From Thermodesulfobacteriota bacterium (GTDB lineage: Bacteria; Desulfobacterota; Desulfobacteria; Desulfobacterales; SURF-7), in assembly GCA_049320885.1 (NCBI GenBank), contig JBMORA010000063.1:1-64000 (forward strand): a stretch of DNA of 64,000 bases, given 5' to 3'. Positions 46,105 through 56,882 of the stretch are shown one piece after another. The translations under genes were made by a program, and so were the position numbers. Positions within the stretch are counted from its first letter, which is position 1. Each line of letters opens with the position of its first letter. The notes beneath the pieces were generated by a model. It was given only the letters and a program-made list of their open reading frames with translations. It was not told the DNA's origin and made no database searches.

Positions 46105-46668
46105 ATGGCCGGAAAGGAAAAGGATTATTTCATTTCACTTTACGATGTGGCGAAAGTCATCAACGCCTCCCTTTCACCCTCTCAGGTTTTGGAGAAAATA
46201 GTAACCTCCGTGGCGGCGGCCATACAGGTCAAGGCCTGTACCCTGAGGGTATTGGAAGCCAGAAAGAAACGGCTGGTGATGGGTGCCCATTGCGGCCTGT
46301 CCGATGGCTATATCCGTAAAGGCCCCATCTGGGTGGGAGAAAGCGGCCTGGACCAGAAAGCCCTGCAGGGCAAGACCGTCTGGATGAAAAACGCCCAGGT
46401 CGATAAGGATTTCCAATACAATGAAAGAGCCAGGCTGGAAGGCATCACCTCCGTTCTGGTGGTCCCCCTGATGGTGGAAAAAGAAGTCATCGGTGTTTTG
46501 CGGGTGTATTCGGAAGAAGAGCGAGAATTCGATGAAGATGAAAAAAAATTTCTGGAGGCAGCGGCCAATTTAAGCGCCATCGCCCTGGAAAACGCCAGGC
46601 TGCACCATGCACTGCAGAAGGACTATGACTTGCTGGTGGCGCACAAATACCGTCTGGACGACAATTGA
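46105..46668 (+). CDS. Stand-alone GAF-domain protein
   Basis: SVLVVPL...VIGVLRVY...F...AIALENARL. Confidence 0.88.
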   Translation: MAGKEKDYFISLYDVAKVINASLSPSQVLEKIVTSVAAAIQVKACTLRVLEARKKRLVMGAHCGLSDGYIRKGPIWVGESGLDQKALQGKTVWMKNAQVDKDFQYNERARLEGITSVLVVPLMVEKEVIGVLRVYSEEEREFDEDEKKFLEAAANLSAIALENARLHHALQKDYDLLVAHKYRLDDN

Positions 46669-46744
46669 CGCCGGAGGAAACCGTTCGACTTTCCTGGGTG
46701 TAACAATGATTTTCAGTTAAACGGCAACGAAAAAAGGAGGAGCC

Positions 46745-47755
46745 ATGGTTCGTATCGGAATCAACGGTTTCGGACGCATTGGTCGACAAGTTCTCAAGGC
46801 GATCCTGGAGCGGCACGCGGAGCGGCTGGAAGTTACCGCCATCAACGACCTTTTCGACGTCGAAACCAATATGAATCTGTTCAAATACGACACCAATTAC
46901 GGCCGGTTTCCGGGAGAAGTCAAGGCCGAAGGAAATCAATTGATCGTCAACGGCCGAAAGATCAGGAGTTTCGCCTTGCGCGATCCGGCAACCATACCCT
47001 GGGACGACGTGGGCGCCGACATCGTCGTTGAAAGCACCGGACTTTTCAAGACCGGCCCGAAAGCCGCCGCCCATTTGGAAGCAGGGGCAAAGAAAGTAAT
47101 CATCTCCGCTCCCGCAAAAGAAGAAGACATCACCATCGTCATGGGGGTGAACCACAAACAGTATTCCCCCGGCGATCACCATATTGTCTCGAATGCCTCC
47201 TGCACCACCAATTGTCTGGCGCCGCCGGCCATGATTGTTCATCGCATGTTCGGAATCGAGAAAGCGCTGATGACCACCGTACATTCCTATACTGCGGACC
47301 AACGCCTGATGGATCTCGCCCACAAGGACCCCAGGCGAGCCAGGGCAGCGGCCCTGAACATCATCCCCACCACAACCGGGGCCGCGAAGGCCGTATCGCT
47401 TGTAATCCCCGAACTTGCTGGTCGATTCGACGGATATTCATTGCGGGTGCCGACCCCCACGGTTTCCATCGTCGACTTCGTCGCCCTGATTGAAAAAAAG
47501 ACCGATACGGAAACGCTTCGGGAGGAACTGAGAAAAGCCGCGGAAAAAGAACTGTCGGGAATCATGGCCTGCGAAGAAGAGCCCCTGGTTTCCATGGATT
47601 TCAAGGGCAATCCCCATTCATCCATCATCGATATGGAATTCACCCAGGTACTGAACGGCAACATGGCCAAAGTCGTGACATGGTATGATAACGAATGGGG
47701 ATACTCCTGCCGGGTGGCGGATCTGGCAGCCTACATGGCCGAAAAGGGACTGTAG
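46745..47755 (+). CDS. gap: Glyceraldehyde-3-phosphate dehydrogenase, type I
   Basis: [33 protein letters not shown]. Confidence 0.98.
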   Translation: MVRIGINGFGRIGRQVLKAILERHAERLEVTAINDLFDVETNMNLFKYDTNYGRFPGEVKAEGNQLIVNGRKIRSFALRDPATIPWDDVGADIVVESTGLFKTGPKAAAHLEAGAKKVIISAPAKEEDITIVMGVNHKQYSPGDHHIVSNASCTTNCLAPPAMIVHRMFGIEKALMTTVHSYTADQRLMDLAHKDPRRARAAALNIIPTTTGAAKAVSLVIPELAGRFDGYSLRVPTPTVSIVDFVALIEKKTDTETLREELRKAAEKELSGIMACEEEPLVSMDFKGNPHSSIIDMEFTQVLNGNMAKVVTWYDNEWGYSCRVADLAAYMAEKGL

Positions 47756-47803
47756 CGCCCCATTATTTTTCTCTTGTCCGGCGCCGGGAAATCGGATAGG
47801 AAT

Positions 47804-47819
47804 CGGCATGGCGATTGCC
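47804..47819 (+). promoter_or_regulatory. Possible sigma54 promoter
   Basis: CGGCAT-GGCGA-TTGCC with correct GG-N10-GC spacing, about 65 nt upstream of the next gene. Confidence 0.4.
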
Positions 47820-47884
47820 CGGGAAATCAGGCTTTCGGATGATAATTCCCGACAGGCAGCAACCGATGGCCCCGAAGAGGTATC

Positions 47885-48937
47885 ATGTCCGAACCGCAGA
47901 CTTTTTTCACGATCATTCGGGAAGCGGATTGCCCATTGTATCGCCTGGGAGAGGAATTCCTGCTTACCGGCCTGGCCCTTTCCCCGCCCATGGCAAAACC
48001 CGTCTGTATTCAACTGGCCAGGGATATCGCCAATCTGCGAAATGCCGATGACGGAGGAGGCCCCAAGGGAAAAGGCGGTGAGATCTTTACCTGCAGCGGC
48101 TGCAACGGTTCCGTCGGCATTGCCATCCACCACCCCATCATCCAGGGGGATCGCTCCGAACAAATTAAAACCATCGAAAATATCGCCCACATCCTCAGCG
48201 GTTTTTCCATGTTTCGCAGCCTTTCCGCGCACCAGATTCGGGATCTGGTCGCCTTGATCCGGCTCGCCCAGTATGAATCCGGTCAGGAAATTCTCCGCAA
48301 AGGAGAGCCGGGCCGCCATCTCTACATTATTCTATCCGGCCGGGTAGAGGTTCTGGACGAAAACCTGCGCAACATCGCCGTGCTGGAAAAAGGGGAAGTT
48401 TTCGGTGAGATGAGTCTTCTGAGCGGCGAACCGGTGAATGCCACCATCCGGGTCACCATGCCGACCAAGGTGCTCTATTTTCACGGCCGCGACTTCAGCA
48501 AGGTGCTGCACAAATATCCGCCGCTCCAGCTCTATCTGGCGAAGCTGCTCACCAGGCGGCTTGCCAGGACCACCAACATCCGTCTGGAAGAAACCACCGT
48601 CGGCATGAGCGGCAGCCTCGCGGAAACACCGCCGCCGGAGCTTTGCCAGACCATTAATATCAACCAGAAGACCGGCGTCCTGTTACTGAAGCTGGACAAC
48701 GGCACCGCCAGGATATCCTTCCGTGACGGCAATATCATCAAGGCCTCCTACGGCGAAAAGCAGGATAAAGGCGCCTTCTTTGAAATCCTGAAAGCCAATG
48801 ACGGTCATTTCCATTTTCATCCGGGGATACCGGCCGAGGAAAAAGCGCACCCGGAAATCGGCCATTTCATGTGCCTGTTGATGGAAGGCGTCAGCCGGAT
48901 GGACGAAGAGAGCGTCACGCGGAATCAATCGTCATGA
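47885..48937 (+). CDS. cNMP-binding domain plus DUF4388/PATAN-like domain protein
   Basis: GEPGRHLYIILSGRVE...GEVFGEMSLL cNMP motif; MSGSL......L.Q.....QKTG.L C-terminal domain. Confidence 0.85.
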   Translation: MSEPQTFFTIIREADCPLYRLGEEFLLTGLALSPPMAKPVCIQLARDIANLRNADDGGGPKGKGGEIFTCSGCNGSVGIAIHHPIIQGDRSEQIKTIENIAHILSGFSMFRSLSAHQIRDLVALIRLAQYESGQEILRKGEPGRHLYIILSGRVEVLDENLRNIAVLEKGEVFGEMSLLSGEPVNATIRVTMPTKVLYFHGRDFSKVLHKYPPLQLYLAKLLTRRLARTTNIRLEETTVGMSGSLAETPPPELCQTININQKTGVLLLKLDNGTARISFRDGNIIKASYGEKQDKGAFFEILKANDGHFHFHPGIPAEEKAHPEIGHFMCLLMEGVSRMDEESVTRNQSS

Positions 48938-49674
48938 CCAACGGTCCGGATTATTCATTCAGTGCAAAAGAGCGCCTGCTGCTCCGATTCGGCATGCCTC
49001 TTCTGGCCTTGTTCATCCGCTGCTGGAACGCCACCTGCCGAAAATCGGTGATCTTTCTGAACGGAAACGAAGAACAGCTGATCTCACGCCATGCCGGCTG
49101 CATTTACGCCACCTGGCATCAACGCATGTTTTATTTTTTTCATTATTTCGGCCCCCAAAAAATCATCATGATGATCAGCCAGAGCAAGGACGGTGAATTT
49201 GCCACCGCTGTCGCCCGCCATCTGGGTTTCGATGCCGTTCGCGGCAGCGCCAACCGGGGCGGCAAAAGCGCCATGCTGGCCCTTATCCGGCTCCTCCGGA
49301 AACCGGATACCAGGGCCGGCATGATGGTCGACGGTTCCCAGGGACCGCCGCGGATTCTGAAAATCGGCACTGTCCGGCTGGCCCGCGCCACCGGAAAACC
49401 CGTCATTCCGGTAATCTGCGGCGCCCGCCGGAAAATTGTTTTCAAGAGCTGGGACCGTTACTTCCTGCCGCTGCCCTTTACCGATGTCGTTGTCATCCAC
49501 GGAACCCCCCGGTTCATTCCCGTCAACGCCTCCAACGCGGAATGCGAAGTACTTCGCCTGGAAATTGAACGGGAGATGAATCACCTGGCCGACCTGTGCG
49601 ACTTATGGTGGGGAGGGAAGCCCGTGGGCAAGCCGGGTTTTGATTTGCCGGCCAACGGCGCCGACATCTATTGA
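48934..49674 (+). CDS. DUF374 lysophospholipid acyltransferase family protein
   Basis: WH, SQSKDGE, VRGS, DG..GP and SWDR..LP.PF. Confidence 0.85.
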   Translation: MTNGPDYSFSAKERLLLRFGMPLLALFIRCWNATCRKSVIFLNGNEEQLISRHAGCIYATWHQRMFYFFHYFGPQKIIMMISQSKDGEFATAVARHLGFDAVRGSANRGGKSAMLALIRLLRKPDTRAGMMVDGSQGPPRILKIGTVRLARATGKPVIPVICGARRKIVFKSWDRYFLPLPFTDVVVIHGTPRFIPVNASNAECEVLRLEIEREMNHLADLCDLWWGGKPVGKPGFDLPANGADIY

Positions 49675-49755
49675 ACATTTCCATTCGTCCCTCATCCCAT
49701 ACCGGGATGGCGGCCGGATTCCATCATTTTCGATTGACAGAAAACAGAGGAGCTT

Positions 49756-50580
49756 ATGGCCATTATCACCATTTCCAGAGGTTCTTACAGCCGCGGCAGC
49801 GAAGTCGCCTGCAAAATCGCCGCCGCATTGTCCTATGAATGCATCTCCCGGGAAATCCTGCTTGAGACCTCGGAAGTCTTCAACATTCCGGAAATCAAGC
49901 TGGTTCGCGCCATTCATGATGCCCCTTCCATCCTGAATCGCTTCCATCACGGCAAGGAACGATATGTGGCCTATATCCGCGCCATCCTGTTGCGTCATGT
50001 CCAGAAAGACAATGTAGTGTATCACGGCCTGGCCGGCCATTTTTTTCTACAAGGGATTCCGCACGTATTGAAGGTCCGCATCCTCGCGGACATGGAGGAT
50101 CGGATCCGGGAGGAAATGCAACGGGAAAAACTCACGATTGAAAAGGCGCGCCTTCTGTTGAAAAAGGATGATGAGGAACGCCGGAAATGGAGCCAGACCC
50201 TGTACGGCAAAGACACATGGGATCCGGGACTGTATGATATCGTCCTGAAAATAAAAACCATCAAAGTGGATGACGCGGTCGGGATCATTCGGGACACCGC
50301 GCGGCTTTCTTCTTTTCAAACCACCCCGGAGTCCCAACAGATTCTGGATGATCTGGTACTGGCCGCCCAGATCGAGGCCCTGCTGGTTACCGACTTTCCC
50401 GGAATCAAAGTCGTCGCCAAGGGCAACACGGCCGACATACACGTAGCCGTCAATGCCAATCTGATGTCCTCCGCAACCGGGAAAAGAGAAATCATCCATC
50501 GCATCCAGGAAATCGCCGTCAACCTGGGCGGGGCTGAAAAAGTCCAGGTGTACCTGACCACCGGGGTTGCCGATGGGTGA
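49756..50580 (+). CDS. Cytidylate kinase-like family protein
   Basis: MAIITISRGSYSRGSEVA, VYHG, LKVRI, DP.LYD. Confidence 0.85.
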   Translation: MAIITISRGSYSRGSEVACKIAAALSYECISREILLETSEVFNIPEIKLVRAIHDAPSILNRFHHGKERYVAYIRAILLRHVQKDNVVYHGLAGHFFLQGIPHVLKVRILADMEDRIREEMQREKLTIEKARLLLKKDDEERRKWSQTLYGKDTWDPGLYDIVLKIKTIKVDDAVGIIRDTARLSSFQTTPESQQILDDLVLAAQIEALLVTDFPGIKVVAKGNTADIHVAVNANLMSSATGKREIIHRIQEIAVNLGGAEKVQVYLTTGVADG

Positions 50581-50676
50581 CGACGGAACCGGACCGGCCG
50601 CCATCCATGGAGCATTCTCTGAAATTTGTTCCCTGTAGTATGGATCGCGGAGGGGTAAACCAGGGTCGGACGGCCT

Positions 50677-51810
50677 TCAAACCGCTGGCAGGAAAATACG
50701 GATGCTGGTTCCCTGGCCGGGAGCGGAATCGACGTAAATATATCCGTCGTGATTTTTGATGATGCCGTATACCGCGGCCATGCCGAGGCCGCGGCCCTGG
50801 AATTTGGTTGTGAAAAAGGGCTCGAACACCCGGCGGCGGGTCTCCTCATCCATGCCCCCGCCGTCATCCTCAACGGTCAGCCACACATATTTCCCCGGTT
50901 GCAAGCCGGGATAATGCCCAGCCGAAACCGAATCCACCTCCTGAATTCCGGTGCGGATCCGGATGCTGCCGCTCACCGGGGTGGCCTCCATCGCGTTTTT
51001 CAGAATGGCCGACATCGCCATGGATATCTGGGCTTCATCGGCATTGATGCGCATGGACAGGTCCGGAAGAGCTGTCGATACCCTGACGGCCGGATTCCGG
51101 AACAGCTCTTTTATCCCCGGCAGTACGCGACGAATCAGGTCGTTCAATTCCAGAACCCTTGCATGATATTTGCCGCAGCGCGCAAAAGCCAGGAGCTGGC
51201 GAACCAGGTCGCTGAGGCGCCGGATCGACTGCCATGACGTCTGCCGGAACAAACGGGTCTTTTCATTGTCCGCCAATTCGTCCTCAATCAACTCGATATG
51301 ACCGGACAATATGTGCAGCACATTGTTGAATTCGTGGGCGATGCCTCCGGCCAAGGTGGCCAGTGATTCCATCCGGCCGGTTTTCTGTCGCCGCAACTCC
51401 GCCCGGCTGCAATGAGTAATATCACGATCGACTCCCCGGTATCCCAGCAGTTTTCCCGTCGTGTCGAAATACGGGACACCGCTCGTTTCGAGCTCCACCA
51501 TACGTCCTTCCCTGTGCAGGCAGATATGGATCCAACGAAAAAACGGGGCCTGTGAAGCCAACATATCCAAAAAAACAGGTTTGACCCGCGCCGACTCCTC
51601 TCCGGTCATAAAGTCAAACGGTGTTTTCCCGAGCATTTCTTCCGGAAGGTATCCCAGAACATCTTGGACTTTTCGATTGGAGTAGGTATAGCGGCCGCTG
51701 CAATCCACTTCCCAGATCCAGTCGCTGATATTTTCGGTAAACTCCTCGAAGCGAGTATTACCGTTTCCCGGCATGCCGTTTGGTTTCCCGGGTAGTGGAC
51801 TTTCTTTCAT
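50677..51810 (-). CDS. PAS sensor histidine kinase
   Basis: One PAS/PAC, GGIAHEFNN, DDGGGM, FEPFFTTK, GRGLG; no receiver domain. Confidence 0.92.
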   Translation of the reverse strand: MKESPLPGKPNGMPGNGNTRFEEFTENISDWIWEVDCSGRYTYSNRKVQDVLGYLPEEMLGKTPFDFMTGEESARVKPVFLDMLASQAPFFRWIHICLHREGRMVELETSGVPYFDTTGKLLGYRGVDRDITHCSRAELRRQKTGRMESLATLAGGIAHEFNNVLHILSGHIELIEDELADNEKTRLFRQTSWQSIRRLSDLVRQLLAFARCGKYHARVLELNDLIRRVLPGIKELFRNPAVRVSTALPDLSMRINADEAQISMAMSAILKNAMEATPVSGSIRIRTGIQEVDSVSAGHYPGLQPGKYVWLTVEDDGGGMDEETRRRVFEPFFTTKFQGRGLGMAAVYGIIKNHDGYIYVDSAPGQGTSIRIFLPAV

Positions 51811-51852
51811 AAACGCCCTATTCCGGTTGCGATGGTGGCGGTGGTTCTCTTG

Positions 51853-52494
51853 TTATTCGATCCGGGGAAGAAAGGCATAGCCGTTGCTGATGGCGTATCG
51901 CACCAGCTCGATCACATTCTTGAGGCCGAGCTTCTCCATGATGTTGGAACGGTGCTTGTTGACGGTCCATTGCGATATATGTAGCAAATTGCTGATTTCC
52001 TTGCTTGTTTTACCCTCAGAAAGCAAGGCCATGATCTGTTTTTCCCTCAGGGTCAGGGTCTCGCCGTTCTGCTTGTTCAGCTGACCGTTATCCGATACAA
52101 GCGCTTTTTTGGAAACCCCATGACCTTCATTGATGACCTTGTCAATCGCATGGATCAGGTGGTGCATGGAATCCCCTTTGGAGATGATGGCGCACGCCCC
52201 GGCCTGGATCGCCCGCTGCCGGTTTTTTTCGTTCACGAAACCGCTCAACACGATGGCATGGATCTCCGGATACAATCGCTTGATTTCCGCGATGGTCTCG
52301 CAGCCTTTCATCCGCGGCATCTCCAGGTCCACGATGACGATATCGGGACGGGTGTTTTTCAGCATATCCAACAACTCGATCCCGTCCCGGGCTTCGCCGA
52401 CAACCTTCCAATTATCTTTTGATTTAAAGATCATTTTCAGCGCATCCAGGACAATCGGATGGTCATCCGCAACTATGATTGTATGTTCCGTCAT
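51853..52494 (-). CDS. NarL/LuxR-family response regulator
   Basis: ADDH...D.EMP receiver; LTLREKQI..L.SEG.TSKEI HTH. Confidence 0.95.
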   Translation of the reverse strand: MTEHTIIVADDHPIVLDALKMIFKSKDNWKVVGEARDGIELLDMLKNTRPDIVIVDLEMPRMKGCETIAEIKRLYPEIHAIVLSGFVNEKNRQRAIQAGACAIISKGDSMHHLIHAIDKVINEGHGVSKKALVSDNGQLNKQNGETLTLREKQIMALLSEGKTSKEISNLLHISQWTVNKHRSNIMEKLGLKNVIELVRYAISNGYAFLPRIE

Positions 52495-52634
52495 GTCAGC
52501 CCACAGTCCGGTTCAGGGTATGAACACCACAATAATCTAAAATGATTTGACATATTCGCAATTTTCTTTCAATACATAGATATATGTATTTTTTTGAAAA
52601 AGGCTCCCCAGCCCTCCCAGGAGAAAATACCGGC

Positions 52635-54032
52635 GTGACCAATATCCCCAGCATTTCCTGCGGCAACCCCTTCGCCGTCGGCAATATCCGTCTGTTCATC
52701 GCCTTTCGCGTTTTCTTCAACGCGCGTTTCTATTATCCGGTCTTCACCATTCTCTTTCTGGATTTCGGATTGACCCTGGATCAATTTGCCCTGCTGAACG
52801 CGGTCTGGGCCGCCACCAACGTGCTGGTCGAAATCCCCTCCGGGGCCTTGGCCGACAGCCTGGGCCGGAAGAATGTGCTTTTGGTCAGCACGATTCTGAT
52901 GATCCTCGAGATGGCGCTTTTATGCCTGGCCCCCAGGGAGAACCCTGAGCTGCTGTTTGGGGTTTTTCTGATCAACCGTCTGCTGAGCGGAACGGCGGAA
53001 GCCGCAGCCAGTGGTGCCGACGAGGCCCTGGCATACGATACCCTGAATCTCTGCGGCAGAGCGGATGAATGGCCCCGGGTGCTGGACCGCCAGATGCGCT
53101 GCCAATCCATCGCCTTCATTGCCGCCATGAGTGTGGGCGCGGCGGTATATGACCCGGCCCTCATGGAGCGGGTTTTCGGCTGGGCAGGATTTCCGGTGCA
53201 ACTGTCCCAGGCCGACACCCTGCGTTTTCCGATTTATCTCACCCTCGTAATGGCTTTTCTGGCATTCGGGACGGTCCTGCGCATGCGCGAACCGGCAGCG
53301 GGAGAGGCGGGTTCCTGTTTTCAGACGGACCGCTGCCGCTCCGCCATGGCCCTGGCCTTTCGCAGAACAATCCAAGCCGGCCACTGGATCATCATGACCC
53401 CCTTTGCTCTGGTGCTGATCACGGCCGGCATGGTATTCGACCACATCGCCCGTTTTGCGGTCACGATCAGCAGCCAGTATTTCCGGATCATTGAACTGCC
53501 GGAGGCAAGTTTCGGCCTGATCGGGTCCGGGTTGGCCCTGCTGGGGATGTTTGTTCCGCGCCTTTCCATGCATCTCACGGAGCGCCGCTCACCCCGGTTC
53601 AATTTTTACCTCCTGGCCGCCATCGGTCTTGCCGGTTTGTGGGGCCTGGGTGTCGCGGCGCCGCTGATCGGCCTGGCGCCGATGATCCTGGTGTTCGTGG
53701 TGATGATGATGAACACCTTTTTCCTCAGCCATTACCTGAACCGCATCACCCGCTCCCAGGAGCGCGCCACGGTGCTGAGCTTCCGGGGGCTGGCGTTGAA
53801 CCTGGCCTACGGCTGGATCGGAATTGCCTACTCCCTGTTTTTCGCCTGGGCCAGGCGGCAGCCGGGCATCCTGTTTCCACCGGCAGGATCGCTCTCCCCC
53901 GATGATGCCGCATTCCTGCTTTCCCTGAAATGGCTGCCGGCCTATTTTGCCGTCCTGCTGATTCTTTTCCTGGGGTTTTCCACGTATTCCCTGCGCCGTA
54001 CGGATATCCATGGAAAAAGCGGATCCGAATAG
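52635..54032 (+). CDS. MFS transporter
   Basis: EIPSGALADSLGRK motif A, about 12 TM segments, RATVLS. GTG start inferred. Confidence 0.9.
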   Translation: MTNIPSISCGNPFAVGNIRLFIAFRVFFNARFYYPVFTILFLDFGLTLDQFALLNAVWAATNVLVEIPSGALADSLGRKNVLLVSTILMILEMALLCLAPRENPELLFGVFLINRLLSGTAEAAASGADEALAYDTLNLCGRADEWPRVLDRQMRCQSIAFIAAMSVGAAVYDPALMERVFGWAGFPVQLSQADTLRFPIYLTLVMAFLAFGTVLRMREPAAGEAGSCFQTDRCRSAMALAFRRTIQAGHWIIMTPFALVLITAGMVFDHIARFAVTISSQYFRIIELPEASFGLIGSGLALLGMFVPRLSMHLTERRSPRFNFYLLAAIGLAGLWGLGVAAPLIGLAPMILVFVVMMMNTFFLSHYLNRITRSQERATVLSFRGLALNLAYGWIGIAYSLFFAWARRQPGILFPPAGSLSPDDAAFLLSLKWLPAYFAVLLILFLGFSTYSLRRTDIHGKSGSE

Positions 54033-54104
54033 GATCCGGAAATTCTTGCGTGCGTCCTCCCGGATCTCCGGCTTTCTGTCCGGCGATCCGGGAGTTCCAA
54101 CAGG

Positions 54105-56504
54105 TTATTCGAACAGGGGGAATTCGCGGTGGGCGAATCCGTCATACACCGGGGTCATGCTGAAGAAATGGGAGTCGAATACCGGTGCATAGCCCGGCCC
54201 CATAAGGATATTGCCGGATTCTCCCAGCGGGAACATGCTTTGGATCCGGACCGGTCCCATGGAACCGTATTCGACGCAATGCCCGTAGGTGGAACGCGAG
54301 GAGAACGGCATGGTATGGACGACTCCCAGCATATCATGCCGGAAGTTGATGGTCCCTCTGGCACCGATGCCCCAAGGCCTCGGCCCAAGAATCCCAAGAA
54401 CATTGTCCAGGGCCGTGACGATAATCGCTTCCGGCGTCTGGGGAGCCGCGGGGTCGGTCAGATTGCGGAACCAGTTATAGCGGTTGGTGATTCCAGCACC
54501 GGGATGCAGACCATGTAACAGAACGTTGAACAACAGGGAATTGCTTTCCTTCAATACGATTTCACCGTCTTCTGGCATTCCGAGTTCATCCAGGAATATG
54601 AGCCGGACAACCTCCCGGATCCATTTATCCATCAAGATCCAGGCATCGGCTCGGTCCGCGCCAAAGGCCCACTGGGTCGGTCCGCCGTCGACGAAATGCC
54701 CGTCCCATCCGGACAAAATATCAAGGGCCGCCTGGCGCTCCGGAGTTGCGTTGTTCATCACCGCGTCCGTGAAATCATCGGAAACGAAGGCCCAGGGATT
54801 GCCGCCGCCGTGGAAGGAATCCGTCGCGGCGATGTACAGCGCCAGATCACGGACCGCTTCAAAGCTCACCTTGCCGCCGCCGGCCAGTGTCTCGTCGAAA
54901 TAGTCGTAAATCACATGGGTGCGGTGGAACGGGCCATAGGTGGCGTAAACCGCGTTGAAACCGCTGGGATAGAAGGCGCCGGTCTTGTTGTTCCAGCCGG
55001 CGTACCAGCCCCGCGGCGTGTTCAAATCGCTGGACAGCGGCCGGACGAACCTGGCGTTCCATTCCAATTGAATGCCGAAGAACAGCCCCTGGGGCAGACG
55101 CCACTCCCCGGGCAGGCGCAGGGGATCGCGGCCGGACATCCAGTAGCCGATGTTGCCGTGTTTGTCCGCGTAACAGAAATGCTGGCTTACCGCCACCTTG
55201 CGGATGCCCTGGTGGAACTGCAGGATGGATTTGGCCCGGGCCAGGTCCAGGAAGGCCTCGATGGTCTTGAATTCATAATTCCAGTGAGCGTATTTCCAGG
55301 CCACCAATGGATTTTCCAGGGTTGGGGAATAGGTCCCCGGATCATAGGGGATCGGATTGACGATGGGACCATGGTCGGACCGGAATACGGGCAGCAAGAC
55401 GGGATCGGCGCCGCGGACCTGGATGGTTTCCAGCCGGTGCAGGGTCACATCGGACGGGTTTTCGATATAGTAATCCGTGGTATGGGCGTGCCCCACCTGC
55501 ATGGACCAGGCGTGGTGCGGCGTCCGGCCGATGATGATGCCGGGCAGACCCGGCACGTTCATGCCGGATATATCCAGACCGCCGGCCCGGATGGAGCCCT
55601 CGGCGGTGATGGACGGCACGGAAAAGCCCATCTGCGGGCCTGAGTAGACGATGGGTTTCCCGGAAACGGTATGCCGGCCGGCGACCACCCAGGCATAGCT
55701 GCCCATCTTGATATGGGCGTTGATTTTTTTGAGGCGTTCGACGATCCGTTTGCTGCGTTCGATCATAGCGTCAAATCTCGCCCGCGACATTTGCTTGCCA
55801 ACCGGCGATCCGGTCGGCTCCGCCTGAACCGATGCCGTTTCCCCGGCGGACTCGTAGTCGATATAGGTGGGGGCGGCGGGATCGTTGGTCCAGCGGAGGT
55901 CGTTGAACATCCGCAGCGCACTCAATACGCCGAATTGACTCTGAAGCCGCAGGAGCAGTTCGGCGTTCTCCATCTGGGTCATGTCCAGGGCCTCGGGGTC
56001 GAAGAAACGCTGCATGGTCGCGGTCCAGGCCAGGACATCCTGGCAGGTCCAAGGCGTCGGCATGATTCCGACGGCGAAAAACTCGAAGGGAACCAGGGCC
56101 GGATTCGCGCCGATCTCCGCTATGCGGCGGTTGATGCCGGCGACATACCCGTTGATGATGTCGCGGGCTTCACCGCCGAGGGAATTGAAACCCGCGGTCA
56201 GTTCCGCGTCCGAATAGCCGATGATGCGCATGAAGACGTCGGTTTCGAGCTGGTCCGGCCCGAAAACGGCGGCCAGGGTCCCCCGGGCCTGACGGCGGTA
56301 CAGCTCCATCTGCCACAGCCGGTCCGTGGCCACCGCATATCCCATTTCCTCGAATACGTCATACAGCCCGGCTTCCGGCGGTCCGGAAATGAACCAGACC
56401 CCTTTATCGTCCCTTACGGTATCGACACCGTTCAGGCCGAACGCCGGCGTGATGAAAAAACTGATCAGACAGATGATGATCAAACAGATATTTCTCTTTG
56501 ACAT
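54105..56504 (-). CDS. Penicillin acylase family Ntn-hydrolase (secreted)
   Basis: Signal peptide, RDDKGVWFI, GYAVATDRLWQME, beta-chain start G/SYAW, GPQ, HGPI, WNNK; RBS GGAGGAGG. Confidence 0.92.
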   Translation of the reverse strand: MSKRNICLIIICLISFFITPAFGLNGVDTVRDDKGVWFISGPPEAGLYDVFEEMGYAVATDRLWQMELYRRQARGTLAAVFGPDQLETDVFMRIIGYSDAELTAGFNSLGGEARDIINGYVAGINRRIAEIGANPALVPFEFFAVGIMPTPWTCQDVLAWTATMQRFFDPEALDMTQMENAELLLRLQSQFGVLSALRMFNDLRWTNDPAAPTYIDYESAGETASVQAEPTGSPVGKQMSRARFDAMIERSKRIVERLKKINAHIKMGSYAWVVAGRHTVSGKPIVYSGPQMGFSVPSITAEGSIRAGGLDISGMNVPGLPGIIIGRTPHHAWSMQVGHAHTTDYYIENPSDVTLHRLETIQVRGADPVLLPVFRSDHGPIVNPIPYDPGTYSPTLENPLVAWKYAHWNYEFKTIEAFLDLARAKSILQFHQGIRKVAVSQHFCYADKHGNIGYWMSGRDPLRLPGEWRLPQGLFFGIQLEWNARFVRPLSSDLNTPRGWYAGWNNKTGAFYPSGFNAVYATYGPFHRTHVIYDYFDETLAGGGKVSFEAVRDLALYIAATDSFHGGGNPWAFVSDDFTDAVMNNATPERQAALDILSGWDGHFVDGGPTQWAFGADRADAWILMDKWIREVVRLIFLDELGMPEDGEIVLKESNSLLFNVLLHGLHPGAGITNRYNWFRNLTDPAAPQTPEAIIVTALDNVLGILGPRPWGIGARGTINFRHDMLGVVHTMPFSSRSTYGHCVEYGSMGPVRIQSMFPLGESGNILMGPGYAPVFDSHFFSMTPVYDGFAHREFPLFE

Positions 56505-56882
56505 GGCATCCTCCTCCGATACGTATAAGCGTGCAGTTGCTGGTGAGATGGGCTTCGGCAGGGAAACGGCGCAGGCTCCCGGCGTGGATGCGGACGACTG
56601 CCGGGAGCGGCTCAAAGGAATTTGCACCGCCTGATGGTCACGGCCTGACGGGTTTGTGGGAAAGCTTCCATTACCTGTCTTTCCGGTTCCGGCTCAAAAA
56701 AGTATCCTTGTTTTGGTATGATCCGGAAATATAATCAAACCGGTTGGGTGTCAACAGATATTAATTTGTATTTTTTGCATTTTAATTCATAATGTTAAAT
56801 AATCCATAAGCGCCCCCGCCGTAAAGAGCGGGCGACAAATGCCCTTGGCAAGCCGTCCCAAATCGGATATGGCGACTGTATA

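Noticed and set aside
56505..56754. Riboswitch in the long penicillin acylase leader
   Set aside because: A 9-bp hairpin (56575-56608) and a TTGACA are present, but no recognisable aptamer consensus.
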